DNA of 64,000 nucleotides. Origin: Nitrospira sp. Its GTDB lineage: Bacteria; Nitrospirota; Nitrospiria; Nitrospirales; Nitrospiraceae. Positions 29,079 through 37,975 of this stretch are shown in pieces (position 1 is the first letter of the stretch; each line of letters opens with the position of its first letter). The stretch is from the NCBI GenBank assembly GCA_047150005.1, contig AP038806.1:2336001-2400000 (forward strand), read 5' to 3'. Position numbers and translations under genes: made by a program. Under the pieces are notes generated by a model. It did not search any database. It had not been told where the DNA came from and saw nothing but the letters and a program-made list of their open reading frames with translations.

Positions 29079-29939
29079 ATGAACAGCCCAGACCACATTA
29101 AAGCGCACGTGCGAGCCGAATATGGTCAGGCGGCTCGCCAGGCCCAGACCGGCAAGCCGTCCTGTTGTGGAACGGGTCACCTGCTCGAAGGGGATGCTGT
29201 GGATCCAATCACCGGCAACCTCTACGGAGCCGAGGAGACCGTGGGATTGCCAACCGAGGCGCTGCGGGCTTCCTTTGGGTGCGGTAATCCAACCGCCTTA
29301 GCCAGCATTCAACCGGGAGAGACGGTGTTAGACCTGGGATCAGGCGGCGGGATCGACGCGCTGCTCTCGGCGCGGCGGGTGGGCCCGACCGGGAAGGTCT
29401 ATGGGCTGGATATGACCGACGAGATGCTGGTGCTGGCGCGAGAGAATCAGCGGAAGGCCGGCGTGACCAACGTCGAGTTTCTCAAGGGCGATATTGAGCA
29501 GATTCCGCTTCCCGACAATTCCGTCGATCTGATTATCTCCAACTGTGTCATCAACCTCTCGCCGGACAAAGACCGCGTGGCGACGGAGGCGTTTCGCGTC
29601 CTCAAGCCCGGCGGCCGTCTCGCGGTCTCCGACATCGTGATCCGCGGCGAGATGCCGGCTGAGATCCGCCACAGCGTGGAGCTGTGGGCAGGGTGTGTGG
29701 CGGGTGCATTGGAGGAGTCGGTCTACCGCGAGACCCTACAGCGGGCGGGGTTTGAACAAATCAGCATCGAGCCCACGCGGATCTATTCGGCGACAGACGC
29801 CCGTGACTTTCTCATCGGTACGGGGCTCGATGTCGAGACGGTGGCCCAAAACATCGACGGGAAATTCATGAGCGGGTTCGTCCGAGCCGTCAAACCGGCC
29901 TGGGCGAAGGCCTGTTGCGGTCCAAGCTGTTGTGCGTAG
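29079..29939 (+). CDS. arsM: Arsenite S-adenosylmethionine methyltransferase
   Basis: SCC, SFGCGNP, VLDLGSGGGID, ISNCVINL, WAGCVAGAL, C-terminal CCGPSCC. Confidence 0.94.
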   Translation: MNSPDHIKAHVRAEYGQAARQAQTGKPSCCGTGHLLEGDAVDPITGNLYGAEETVGLPTEALRASFGCGNPTALASIQPGETVLDLGSGGGIDALLSARRVGPTGKVYGLDMTDEMLVLARENQRKAGVTNVEFLKGDIEQIPLPDNSVDLIISNCVINLSPDKDRVATEAFRVLKPGGRLAVSDIVIRGEMPAEIRHSVELWAGCVAGALEESVYRETLQRAGFEQISIEPTRIYSATDARDFLIGTGLDVETVAQNIDGKFMSGFVRAVKPAWAKACCGPSCCA

Positions 29940-29960
29940 GAGCGAGCAGGAGACCCGACA

Positions 29961-30251
29961 ATGGATGTCGCATTGACGGTTCCGGTTCCGCAGCCGGCCA
30001 AACGACTGAATCCCTTCGACCGCTATCTCACCCTCTGGGTGGTCGGCTGCATGCTCATGGGTGTCGGGTTTGGTCGGACGTTTCCAGGAATGGTCCAATA
30101 CCTCCGAACCTTGGAGATGGGCGAGGGCAGTCACATCAATCTGCCCATGGCCTTTCTGATCTGGTTGATGATCGTGCCGATGATGATGAAGGTCGAGCTG
30201 GCCTCGCTGCGTCTTGTCGGGCAGCGGCCGGCCGGCCTGGTCGTCACGCTC
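29961..30251 (+). pseudogene. acr3: Acr3 arsenite efflux pump, truncated after ~97 codons
   Basis: FDRYLTLWV...INLPMAFLIWLMIVPMMMKV matches the Acr3 N-terminus; similarity stops at the TGTCAAG IS-like end. Confidence 0.88.
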
Positions 30252-30322
30252 TGTCAAGACCGAAGTTGGTTGTCCATCCATCACCGATGTGAGATGTCCC
30301 CTTTTCACCGGTGAGATTGTCC
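30252..30322. mobile_element. Orphan IS terminal repeat (TGT end with subterminal repeats; IS1202/IS481- or IS21-like)
   Basis: TGTCAAG then ACCGAAGTTGGTTGTCC, ACCGATGTGAGATGTCC and ACCGGTGAGATTGTCC at a 24-bp period. Confidence 0.65.
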
Positions 30323-30638
30323 TGTGATGTTTGTAGGACTCTACATACCAAGTACAGTCTGCTTTTGTCTGGTGGAAACCATCGCGCTGGGATGGAGCAT
30401 TCAGACTGCGGCGGAGTCATTGTCACAGACGAGCGGTCGCTCACCATCTCAGTGGATGGAACGTCTAAAAACATTTGGAAATCTGGAACGACCATTGAAG
30501 AGTCCCTCGCAGCAATGGCTTAGCAAATCCGGGTGACACCTACTTATTACCATCTGTTGGAAATAGGGGGCGAAGTCGCAGTCGAATTAAAACACGGGAT
30601 TGGACTCGAACCGGACAAACGGGGGAACCTCCACGATT

Positions 30639-30698
30639 TGCTCTTTATAATAGGCAAAAGTACTTGAAAATACCTAAAACTGCATAATATATTAGTCA
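30639..30698 (+). promoter_or_regulatory. hipBA promoter with two related imperfect palindromes
   Basis: TGCTCTTTATAATAGGCA (30639-30656) and TGCATAATATATTAGTCA (30681-30698) around TTGAAA-N18-TATATT. Confidence 0.55.
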
Positions 30699-30699
30699 C

Positions 30700-30969
30700 A
30701 TGCTTGATCTTTATTCGCTGGGGGGCAGGATCGCCGCAAGGCGCAAGAAGCTCAGACTAAGCCAAGCCGAACTGGCTCGGAAGTCATCTATTGGTCGCTC
30801 GACACTTGATGCATTGGAGAATGGCCGCATGGGTGAGCTGGGATTTTCTAAGATTACTAAAATTCTCTCAGCCCTTGGTATGGAGCTCAAACTACAAGAG
30901 ACAGGCTCACCAAGGCCGACTCTCGATCAACTCATGCAACGGGACCGCAATGATCAAAGTCTGGACTGA
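30700..30969 (+). CDS. hipB: XRE-family HTH antitoxin (HipB-like)
   Basis: RRKKLRLSQAELA...RSTLDALENG; overlaps the hipA start. Confidence 0.85.
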   Translation: MLDLYSLGGRIAARRKKLRLSQAELARKSSIGRSTLDALENGRMGELGFSKITKILSALGMELKLQETGSPRPTLDQLMQRDRNDQSLD

Positions 30970-32194
30970 CGGAGCTGAAACCGGTCTGCTCGACCGATAC
31001 CGCGATCGGGGCAGTACATTTGTCTATCTGCCGGATACGAAACCACAGCGTGCTATCTCAGTGACCATGCCAGTGCGGCTGGCCTCCTGGGATATCAGTC
31101 TTGGTTTGCTGCCAATCTTCGAAATGAATCTTCCGGAAGGGGTTTTGCGCGAGCGCCTTCGCCTTGCCTTTGCCAAAGCCACCGGAACGTTTGACGAGTT
31201 CGACTTACTCTCTATCGTGGGTCGCTCTCAGGTGGGCCGCATCCGCTATACCGGCGACAAAGAGCAACTTCACGAAGACGTTCCCTTTCAGTCCGTGGAT
31301 GAGATCCTTGCGCGCCGAAGGGACGGGGATCTACTTCCTTACCTAATTGACAAATTTGCAATCTTCTCCGGCATTAGTGGCGTGCAGCCCAAAATCCTTG
31401 TGCGAGATGAGCAAGCATCAGTGGCCTTGAAGCGTTCTAAAACCCGTCTCTCCCAAAGTTATCGAGGCGCCACCCACATAGTAAAATTGTGGGAGACGAA
31501 CGAGTATCCGCAACTCGCTGCTAACGAGTATTTCTGCCTTAGAGTGGCACAGAGGTGTGGGCTCGAGGTGCCTCCCTACAGGCTGGCTGAAGATGGCATG
31601 GCCCTCGTTATTGATCGCTTCGATCTTGGAGAGGACGGAACCTATCGCGGCTTCGAGGATTTTTGCGTGCTCAATGCCCGAAGGACGGACGAAAAATATC
31701 GTGGCAGCTATGAGACCTCGATTTTGAAGCGGTTTCAAGAATTTGCGAACTCGCAGCATGTAAATGAAGATTTAGAAAAGCTTTTCACACTTATTGCACT
31801 TAACTGTGCCCTTCGCAACGGCGACGCACATTTGAAGAATTTCGGGATTGTCTATGACGATGTTCTCAAAGAAGCAAGGATTGCACCTGTCTATGATATC
31901 GTAACCACGACGGTTTACCTGCCCCGAGATAGTATGGCATTAACTCTTAACGGAACCACCAAATGGCCAAACGCTAAGGAACTCAGGAAGCTCGGGGAGA
32001 CGCGCACGGCATGCACTCCTTCAAAGGTCAAAGCGATTTTTGCACGTGTCGCTGACGCCATGTCACACACCATGGACGAAATGCGCTCCTATGCCAAGGA
32101 GCATTCTGAGTTTGCAGGCATCGGGAAGCACATGCTTCAGGAATGGGAGAAAGGGATAGGGCTTTCGCTTCGGCTTTCTTCATCGGCCAGATAA
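30950..32194 (+). CDS. hipA: HipA-family kinase toxin
   Basis: N-terminal ISVTMP...FEMNLPEG, P-loop ISGVQPK, NEYFC, NGDAHLKNF, APVYD; start trimmed to ATG 30950. Confidence 0.92.
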   Translation: MIKVWTDGAETGLLDRYRDRGSTFVYLPDTKPQRAISVTMPVRLASWDISLGLLPIFEMNLPEGVLRERLRLAFAKATGTFDEFDLLSIVGRSQVGRIRYTGDKEQLHEDVPFQSVDEILARRRDGDLLPYLIDKFAIFSGISGVQPKILVRDEQASVALKRSKTRLSQSYRGATHIVKLWETNEYPQLAANEYFCLRVAQRCGLEVPPYRLAEDGMALVIDRFDLGEDGTYRGFEDFCVLNARRTDEKYRGSYETSILKRFQEFANSQHVNEDLEKLFTLIALNCALRNGDAHLKNFGIVYDDVLKEARIAPVYDIVTTTVYLPRDSMALTLNGTTKWPNAKELRKLGETRTACTPSKVKAIFARVADAMSHTMDEMRSYAKEHSEFAGIGKHMLQEWEKGIGLSLRLSSSAR

Positions 32195-32392
32195 ATTTTG
32201 TCGTAAAGCAGTCCGCATGCTTTTCACCATGGCGATCGTCTCGACTGTGCTAATTTTGTGTTGAAACCTGTGAAAATTACAGCACTCATCGCAGCCAATA
32301 GAAACAATCGAATCTGCATAAGAGCTTGTCTCGCGCTGAAAAACGAGGAAACCTCTTTCATCACCGAGCTTTATCGATTTCATCCTTCCTAA

Positions 32393-32438
32393 TTTCGTAA
32401 ACCGCAGGTCGCCCGTTCAATCCGGGTCGCCGGCTCCA
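32393..32438 (+). repeat. att-like copy 1 of the tRNA-Thr 3' end
   Basis: 46/46 identical to 28209-28254. Confidence 0.95.
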
Positions 32439-32591
32439 AAGCGCACTTCTTGCCATCCGGCGGCTGTTCGGGAGCAGCCTTTTTCATCGGGCCGCCGGAT
32501 AGATACCTCTGGCGTTTTGGCTATTGACCCGACCCGGAGCCTCTTATATGGTTCTTAGCGACGGGAGCACAACTACGTAACTGGAGGTGAG

Positions 32592-33716
32592 ATGGCCAAA
32601 CGAAGGAAGAATGGGAAATCGCTTTCACCCAGGCAATGGACATTCCTCGCGTACATTGCCGGTGACAACAATCTGAGCGACAACGGCATTGAAGACATTG
32701 CCGAGATGACGGCTGTGGGCACGTCAACATCATCCTATGCCGGAGTCCAGATCGATACGAAGGGCGAGCATGACGGCTCCGTACGATATGAAATTTCCGA
32801 GCCCGATGTGACCGGTCAGGCCCATAGAGTCGTCATTGAACGTCTGCCGGAGAGCGACTCCGGCAATCCCGAGATTCTTTTGAATTTCCTGAACTGGGGG
32901 CTGGAGCGGTATCCGGCGAAAAACACCATCACGGTGGTGTGGAACCATGGAGCCGGTTTCCGCACCGTCCGTCGGGATATTGCCTTTGACGATTATGGCA
33001 CCTCGCTTGACATGAATGAACTGAAGACGGCATTCACGCGCGCCGGGCTCGGCACGAAGAATAAGGTGGCCATCTTAGGGTTCGATGCGTGTCTCATGAA
33101 CATGCTCGAGATTGCTCATCACCTGCGTAATGTGGCGCAGTATGTCGTCGGTTCGCAGGAAACTGAGCCCGGCGATGGTTGGCCGTATGACAAGGTCCTC
33201 AAGGCCATGAACCGCAAGCCGACTCCGCAAGCCATGGCGAAGGCCATCGTGCGCGAGTACATGCGATCCTATCGTGTGGTCGGTGACAGCAACATCACCC
33301 AGAGCGCGATACGGACTGATCGTACGGAGGCGGCTGTGCTCGCGTGGAGCCGCTTCGGGGACGCCCTTGCGGCGTCGTTACCAAGAGAGCGGTCGGTCAT
33401 CAATCTTGCGCGAACGAAGGTTCAATCCTACGAGTTCCCGGACTACGTGGATGCGATTCACTTCGCGAAGTTGATTGCGAATGGGACAACCATTCCTGCG
33501 TTGCGCTCGCGTGCGCGAGCGTTCGCGAAGGCAGTGGCACGCTGCATTGTAGCCAGCGATTGTGAGGGTGGTTCCGTCGCGAACTCGAACGGTGTCACGA
33601 TCTGGTATCCACCGGAGAAAGCCCAGTACCTCGCGTTTCGCGGCAAATACGTGGCGATGGATTTCTATGCAGTTGGGCCGGGCTGGGTCAAGTTTCTGGA
33701 TGCTGTGTTCGCATAG
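32592..33716 (+). CDS. Clostripain-family (C11) cysteine peptidase
   Basis: WTFLAYIAGDNNL, WNHGAG (His), GFDACLM (Cys), SQETEPGDGW; GGAGG RBS; no signal peptide. Confidence 0.9.
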   Translation: MAKRRKNGKSLSPRQWTFLAYIAGDNNLSDNGIEDIAEMTAVGTSTSSYAGVQIDTKGEHDGSVRYEISEPDVTGQAHRVVIERLPESDSGNPEILLNFLNWGLERYPAKNTITVVWNHGAGFRTVRRDIAFDDYGTSLDMNELKTAFTRAGLGTKNKVAILGFDACLMNMLEIAHHLRNVAQYVVGSQETEPGDGWPYDKVLKAMNRKPTPQAMAKAIVREYMRSYRVVGDSNITQSAIRTDRTEAAVLAWSRFGDALAASLPRERSVINLARTKVQSYEFPDYVDAIHFAKLIANGTTIPALRSRARAFAKAVARCIVASDCEGGSVANSNGVTIWYPPEKAQYLAFRGKYVAMDFYAVGPGWVKFLDAVFA

Positions 33717-33859
33717 TCGGATGATATCTGACCACGTCGTCGGCTGCAGACACAGTCACCCTTCTGCCTCTCGTTTCTACAGACGTTCACATACGCAAGG
33801 CTCTTGACTGAACGGTGCGCGTCACTCGTCGCAACATGCCTGGTTGAGGTCGGCAGCCT

Positions 33860-36187
33860 GTGAAGCCGAAATATCACAACATTGCAGTGGTCGCCTGTCT
33901 CTTATGGCCGCTCGCTTCGCTTGGTGAGGCGCGTGGGGCTATCGATTCAATGAAGCTAGGCGCCCGATATGATGTGTCCGGTTCGAATGTGCAATTCCGC
34001 GTGTTTTCAGCACGAGCGGAACGAATAGAGCTGTATCTTTATGAGAAGCCGCAGGGTGTCGACGAAGCGGGGTCGCTGCCACTCGTCAAGGATGGCGAGG
34101 GTGTGTGGAGCATCACGATCCCGACGACGACCATCCTGAGTGACTACCACATATCAGGTACCGTCTATTACGGTTATCGGGCCTGGGGACCCAACTGGCC
34201 ATACCAGACAGCATGGACAAAAGGCAGTTGCAGTGGGTGTGTGGGCGATTGCGATGTGGACAACGAAGGGAACCGCTTCAATCCGAACAAGTTACTTCTA
34301 GACCCTTATGCATTGGAAGTCAGTCATGATCCTCAGAATGCGACATACAAGGAAGGACAACGGTACGCGACCGGACCGGACTATCGTTGCCTGGATTCCG
34401 GACAGCAGGCTCCCAAAGGAATGGTACTGCGGCCCGATACCACCTCGACAGGCACAAAGCCGACCCGTGCTTTGAAAGACGATATTATCTATGAGGTGCA
34501 TCTCAGGGGTTTGACCAAGCACGGCACCAACACAGACATCCCGTCGAAATATCGGGGGACGTATCGAGGCGCCGCATTGAAGGTTCCATACTTGAAAAGC
34601 CTCGGTGTGACGGCTGTGGAATTGCTGCCGGTTCAGGAGAGCCAGAACGATATGAATGATGTTGACCCCAATAGCGGGAGTGGGGACGGGTATTGGGGAT
34701 ATGATACGCACAACTATTTTGCCCCGGATCGACGCTACTCGTACAATAAATCGCCGGGAGGGCCTACAAAAGAATTCAAAGCTATGGTGAAGGCCTTTCA
34801 TGATGCCGGCATGAAAGTCTTCATCGATGTGGTCTATAACCATACCGGTGAAGGGTATGCATGGAGATCAGCGGACCCGTTCACCTATAACGTGAGAAGT
34901 TGGCGGGGTCTCGACAATCCGACATACTATTCGCTCAGCGGAAACACATACTCCTATGACAACACAGGAGTTGGTGGGAATTATAATTCGCGTAATCCAA
35001 TTGCACAAAATCTCATCGTCGATTCATTGGCCTATTGGCGCGATGTTTTGGGTGTTGATGGGTTTCGGTTCGATCTCGCGTCAGTTTTGGGCAATAAATA
35101 TGAACATGATCATTACGAGTACGATCTTCTTGATTCCGGTACAGCGATCAATAGGATTCCGCGGGAGATCACCCCTCGTCCGAACATGGGGGGAGAGGGT
35201 ACGGATCTGATCGCTGAACCATGGGCATACAGTGGGAGTAACAATTATCAGGTCGGAAATTTTCCCTCACATTGGTCGGAATGGAATGGGAAGTACCGTG
35301 ATGTCATACGCCAGCATCAAAATAAGCTCGGCTTGACGAGGATTACGCCTGGTGAGTTGGCGAGGCGTCTGTCCGGATCCCCCGATCTGTACATGAGCGG
35401 GGGTGATACGAGAAAACCATGGAACTCAATCAATTTTATCGTTGCGCATGACGGATTGACGCTGAAGGACCTGTACACGTGCAATCTCAAACGCAATAAC
35501 CAGGCTTGGCCGTTCGGACCCTCGGACGGAGGCGAAAACAATAATATGAGCTGGGATCAAGGCGGAAACCCGGCTGATCAAAGAACAGCTGCGCGGAATG
35601 GCCTTGCCTTACTGATGTTGAGCGCCGGCACTCCCATGATTACCGGCGGCGACGAATTTTTGCGCAGTCTCCGGTGTAACAATAACCCATACAATCTCGA
35701 CTCCCGGGCCAATTGGCTCTCCTACAATTGGGATCCCATGCAGAAGACCTTTCACACGTTCGCGAAACGGCTTGTTCAATTTAGAAAGGACCATCCTGCC
35801 CTGCGACCATCAGAGTTTTATCGTGGCGATGACACCAACGGAAACGGCATTGCACAACTGAGCTGGCATAAGCCGGATGGGAGTGTGGCGGATGAGGCCT
35901 ATTGGGACAATGAACAGAACTATGCGATCGCCTATCGAATTGACGGGACAGAATTTGCTGATCCGGCAAGCGTCATCTATGTCGGATACAACGGATGGTC
36001 CGGAGAGGTCGCCTTTACCTTGCCTCAGGCCGGCAGCAACAAGAGGTGGTATCGAGTGATGGATACCTCGGCTTGGAATGAGGGGCCGAACACAGTGGTC
36101 AAGCCGGGCTCAGAGACAATACTTGGAGCAGAAGGCACAACCTATAATTTGAAAGGCAGAGCCGTACTCTTGTTGATTGCAAAGTAA
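33860..36187 (+). CDS. Secreted isoamylase (GH13 glycogen debranching enzyme)
   Basis: Signal peptide, NPNKLLLDPYA, DVVYNHT, GFRFDLA (Asp), IAEPW (Glu), VAHDG (Asp); recognisably similar to the Pseudomonas-type extracellular isoamylase. Confidence 0.9.
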   Translation: MKPKYHNIAVVACLLWPLASLGEARGAIDSMKLGARYDVSGSNVQFRVFSARAERIELYLYEKPQGVDEAGSLPLVKDGEGVWSITIPTTTILSDYHISGTVYYGYRAWGPNWPYQTAWTKGSCSGCVGDCDVDNEGNRFNPNKLLLDPYALEVSHDPQNATYKEGQRYATGPDYRCLDSGQQAPKGMVLRPDTTSTGTKPTRALKDDIIYEVHLRGLTKHGTNTDIPSKYRGTYRGAALKVPYLKSLGVTAVELLPVQESQNDMNDVDPNSGSGDGYWGYDTHNYFAPDRRYSYNKSPGGPTKEFKAMVKAFHDAGMKVFIDVVYNHTGEGYAWRSADPFTYNVRSWRGLDNPTYYSLSGNTYSYDNTGVGGNYNSRNPIAQNLIVDSLAYWRDVLGVDGFRFDLASVLGNKYEHDHYEYDLLDSGTAINRIPREITPRPNMGGEGTDLIAEPWAYSGSNNYQVGNFPSHWSEWNGKYRDVIRQHQNKLGLTRITPGELARRLSGSPDLYMSGGDTRKPWNSINFIVAHDGLTLKDLYTCNLKRNNQAWPFGPSDGGENNNMSWDQGGNPADQRTAARNGLALLMLSAGTPMITGGDEFLRSLRCNNNPYNLDSRANWLSYNWDPMQKTFHTFAKRLVQFRKDHPALRPSEFYRGDDTNGNGIAQLSWHKPDGSVADEAYWDNEQNYAIAYRIDGTEFADPASVIYVGYNGWSGEVAFTLPQAGSNKRWYRVMDTSAWNEGPNTVVKPGSETILGAEGTTYNLKGRAVLLLIAK

Positions 36188-36559
36188 ATTGGCCATCTGT
36201 ATTCGATCACAGCCATCTCGCCTCTCGTCAGTGACCTCGCCTGCGCGAGCCTGCCGTGAATGACCTCAGAAACTCAAATCACACTGCCGACTTCCTGACC
36301 ACACGTTATCTCCACTGCATTGAACATGATCGGCGCAGTAGGCAGCAGCGCGATAGGGACGCATGGCCTCATCGATAAGGCCGGACGCATCTATGGCAAT
36401 ACAAGCGATAGGCTGTGCGGAGCTCACGAACTGGGGTTCTGCCTAGTGCTTCAAGACTTCATTCCTTCGTAGGGGAGATTTTCCTTTCCCCTTAGCGTAC
36501 ATGAGAGCGCGCCTTGTGTTGCTCGGCAGCGCAAAGCAAGCGGAAGAATCCTTTCATTC

Positions 36560-36580
36560 GTCTCGGACAGGGTCCGAGAC
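36560..36580. promoter_or_regulatory. Perfect 9-bp inverted repeat upstream of the protease/DUF6603 operon
   Basis: GTCTCGGAC-AGG-GTCCGAGAC, 5 bp before GGAG. Confidence 0.45.
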
Positions 36581-36599
36581 ACCGTGGAGCGTGAACAGG

Positions 36600-37577
36600 A
36601 TGCGATCGCGCGCGGAACTGATGAGGGAGCAGGCCAAACTCTTGGACCTGCTGCCGGAGGTCCGCGAACGTCTGCATCACATCCCGGCCATTACCAATAT
36701 CGGTATTGGCGCGAAGGAAGTACGCGGTAAGACGACGGACGATTTCGCATTTCGCCTCTACGTCTCCATGAAGTTGCCGCGCGAGGACGTCGCATCTCAC
36801 TGGAGAATCCCGTACCACATCCAAGGTGTGCCGACGGACGTGATACCGGCGGGATCCACAGAGACGATTGTGGATACCCGGAAAGTCCGGCCGCTCCGCG
36901 GAGGCACCTCCGTCAAGAACGAATTCGTGCAGGCGGGTGAGCGGACGCTGGCGGGTACTCTCGGATGCCTGGTCAAGGCTGTCGCGGATCTGCGGGTCAT
37001 GGCACTGACCTGCCAACACGTGATGACTGCAGGACAGGCATCGCTCGGCGTGAACGTCGGCCAACCGAAGTATGTCGTATCGTGCTGTTGTTGCACGTAC
37101 AACGCGATCGGGACGCTGTTCCGAGCCACCAAGAACGACAGAATCGATTGCGCGGTTGTCCAACTGGACGACGACATCGCCAACGAGATCGAATCGGCGG
37201 ATGGGGTCAACGCGATCGAGGAAATCGGGACGTTGACCGGAGCGGCTCAGGCGGTCTGCTTCGAAACGGTCACCAAACGCGGCATCAACACCGGCTTGAC
37301 CACAGGACGGGTTATTGACGTGTTGTTTGAAGGCTCGCAAATCCTGATTGAACCGGCAGCCCCGACCGCCCCGTCCACGTTCGCCGACCTTGGCGATTCC
37401 GGCTCCGTCATTGTGAACAGCGTCAAGCAGGTCATCGGCCTGCTTTGGGCGGTCGATGCGGCCACCCGCACCAGGGGGGTGGCGAACCATATCGGTCCCG
37501 TGATGCGGGACCTGCAAATCGTCATCGCCGGCCAAGCGGATGCCGGGCTCGATATTCCTGCTACGGGGTGTCCGTGA
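36600..37577 (+). CDS. Trypsin-like (S1, Nal1-type) serine protease 1 with CCCC motif
   Basis: N-domain GIGAKE...GVPTDVI, RPLRGG, AGTLG, LTCQHV (His), RIDCAV (Asp), GDSGS (Ser); start 36591-36600 by alignment to paralogs. Confidence 0.85.
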   Translation: MRSRAELMREQAKLLDLLPEVRERLHHIPAITNIGIGAKEVRGKTTDDFAFRLYVSMKLPREDVASHWRIPYHIQGVPTDVIPAGSTETIVDTRKVRPLRGGTSVKNEFVQAGERTLAGTLGCLVKAVADLRVMALTCQHVMTAGQASLGVNVGQPKYVVSCCCCTYNAIGTLFRATKNDRIDCAVVQLDDDIANEIESADGVNAIEEIGTLTGAAQAVCFETVTKRGINTGLTTGRVIDVLFEGSQILIEPAAPTAPSTFADLGDSGSVIVNSVKQVIGLLWAVDAATRTRGVANHIGPVMRDLQIVIAGQADAGLDIPATGCP

Positions 37578-37975
37578 GCGAGCAGCCTCGCATGAAACTC
37601 GAGCCGTTCGAAGCAGCCTTGTTCCGGCTCCCCGATGGTCCAGCGCTGGCCGACGCGTTCCAGCAGCACATCGAAGAAGTGATTGGTCTGGTCAACAAGA
37701 ATCGCCGCGTGGGCGTGGTCTGGCAGCGTTACAAGGGCCCGCTCTTCGTTCGAGCAGTGGTACAGCAACGCGCGGGCGCGGAGATCTCCATTCCCGAGGA
37801 GGTCGAGGGTGTCTCGTTGGAGATGTTGATGTTGCAGATGGCCGACGTGCTGCAGCGACACGGTTCGCAGGAATTGCGTTCGGCGATAGCCGAGCATGCC
37901 CTGCGGATCTTTCGCCTGGGGCGAGAGCATTGCACCTTGGCGGGCAGTCGAGGTACTGACCGGAACCATGCCTGA
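37574..37975 (+). CDS. Stand-alone helical protein homologous to the C-terminal domain of proteases 2 and 3
   Basis: HIEEVIGLVNKNRRVGVVWQRYKGPLF...HGSQELRSAIAEH aligns with HAPEVRHLVNHHRAAKVAWQRCQGPGF...YGSADLADAVAEH; GTGA coupling. Confidence 0.82.
   Translation: MSEQPRMKLEPFEAALFRLPDGPALADAFQQHIEEVIGLVNKNRRVGVVWQRYKGPLFVRAVVQQRAGAEISIPEEVEGVSLEMLMLQMADVLQRHGSQELRSAIAEHALRIFRLGREHCTLAGSRGTDRNHA

Larger units (their letters stand above)
28255..32438. mobile_element. Degenerate tRNA-Thr-integrated islet (module 1: IS remnants, ars genes, hipBA)
   Basis: Bounded by a perfect 46-bp direct repeat of the tRNA 3' end (28209-28254 = 32393-32438); no integrase seen. Confidence 0.8.

Noticed and set aside
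30311..30536. Two 70-aa ORFs after the IS end, and the 67-aa ORF at 32180-32383
   Set aside because: No recognisable family; possibly gene remnants, not supportable as CDS
32393..32438. Second functional tRNA-Thr gene (also considered at 55905)
   Set aside because: Only the anticodon loop to CCA is present; upstream sequence lacks the D-arm and the 5' acceptor strand
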